NCBI GenBank assembly: GCA_043228905.1
Contig: JBHGNT010000017.1
Span: 6,572,001 to 6,636,000 of the forward strand
Source: Azolla caroliniana
Taxonomy: Eukaryota > Plantae > Polypodiophyta
DNA: 64,000 nucleotides
Direction of reading: 5' to 3'
In this document: positions 62,911-64,000 of the stretch, piece after piece
How the letters are laid out: each line of letters begins with the position of its first letter
Position numbering within the stretch: position 1 is the stretch's first letter
Program-made: the position numbers and the translations under genes
The notes under the pieces: model-generated
What the model saw: the letters and a program-made list of their open reading frames with translations, nothing else
Databases searched by the model: none
Told to the model about the DNA's origin: nothing

Positions 62911-64000
62911 GGTTAATTCTTAGTACATAATACACGAATTTGATATCCTCTAGTCAAAGGCCCCGAGGTCTTGCCTCAACGTTCACGTATCCTCGTCGTA
63001 TTTTCGCGACAGCAGGACCATGGGGGTCTTGGACTAGGGAGTTCAAAGGGGAGAGGAGTATAAAGGTTCACCTTGGATGGAGAACCCTTGAACTGTCAAA
63101 GGCTCGTTGAGCTTTTTTCATTGAGCTTTAGGTCGTCAAGCTTTCGCTCGCCGACCTTTGCATTGTCGACCTTTGCCTTCTCCGCTTTGTTGCCACATTC
63201 ACATTTAATGAATTTAACACGTTTGCGTTCAGAAGTGGAAGGATCGGGCATTCCATAATTAGATTCCTTTCATAAATGTGCAATTTTAGGCAATATATAG
63301 AAACTTGATACACCAATATCACATGTTCTTCAACCCATATAGAACCCGATAAATTATTAAAATTTAACAATTACAATACTCGAAATAGGTATATTTTTGC
63401 TAATTTCTAAAGTTGATTATCTCTAAGACAAACTTTAATTAAATTCTAGAATATGTAAATGGTTGTCTCACTTGACGTATTGATATAGTTTCAAACCTCT
63501 AATACTAAATTTAGAAAGTTTTTTGAAAACTTAGTGTGATCTCAAGCAATGGATCTCCAGGTTTAACCATCAGGACGAGGTGTAGGTTATAGAAGTGGAA
63601 GTGACATCCATAGTTTGTGATTTATGTTTTTTTCTTTTTTTCAAAATGAAGCTACTTTCCCATTAGTTAGGACGGAATTGTGATTTATGTTTTACACAGT
63701 AAGGATGTAATACGTATAACAAATGAAAAGTCAATGCATCTCAAACTTATGGATGATAAAGACAAAAATTTCATCTAAAATATCATGACACTCTTGGACA
63801 CTCATGACAATTTCGTAATTAAAATCATTCAAACAATAAAGCTAAGATAAAAACCTTAAATGTAACATCCCAAAAGTAATGTTATATAAAAAAAGGATAA
63901 AGTGTAGCAACAAGTGAAAACAATCAAGGTTAAAACATAATCTAACATTCCAAATGTAAGGTGTCTCTTAAATGTAAACATTAATTATATACAACAAAAA

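Noticed and set aside
62911-64000. Possible gene or exon in the terminal kilobase
   Set aside because: Only short ORFs without recognisable motifs in AT-rich sequence. Nothing supportable.

Overview
A eukaryotic, almost gene-free window of nested LTR retrotransposons, most likely from a seed-free land plant (bryophyte, lycophyte or fern). That is an inference from the mix of Tcn1-like chromovirus, Trp-primed non-chromoviral Gypsy and several Copia families. I resolved about 20 insertions by hand from LTR termini, PBS/PPT and target-site duplications (TSDs). They include a very young Copia (16587-22078) inside a Gypsy (11588-23282), a Tcn1-like chromovirus (34058-39702) inside a Copia, a second chromovirus (48159-56558) and five solo LTRs. 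The only host-gene sequence is an intron-containing, decayed Raf-like (B4-type) kinase fragment (56905-57936). There is a 100-N scaffold gap at 58538-58637. The most unusual signals are: (1) a 2.98-kb TIR DNA element with a 4-bp TSD that carries a ~1.44-kb internal palindrome with a branched hairpin centre; (2) antisense tRNA-type A/B-box modules at the U3 end of two unrelated Gypsy LTR families; (3) a Gypsy group with 4-bp, CpG-centred TSDs; (4) a Tf1-type self-priming PBS; (5) two candidate -1 frameshift pseudoknots. All coordinates and alignments were read by eye and lineage names come from motif recall, not database searches.
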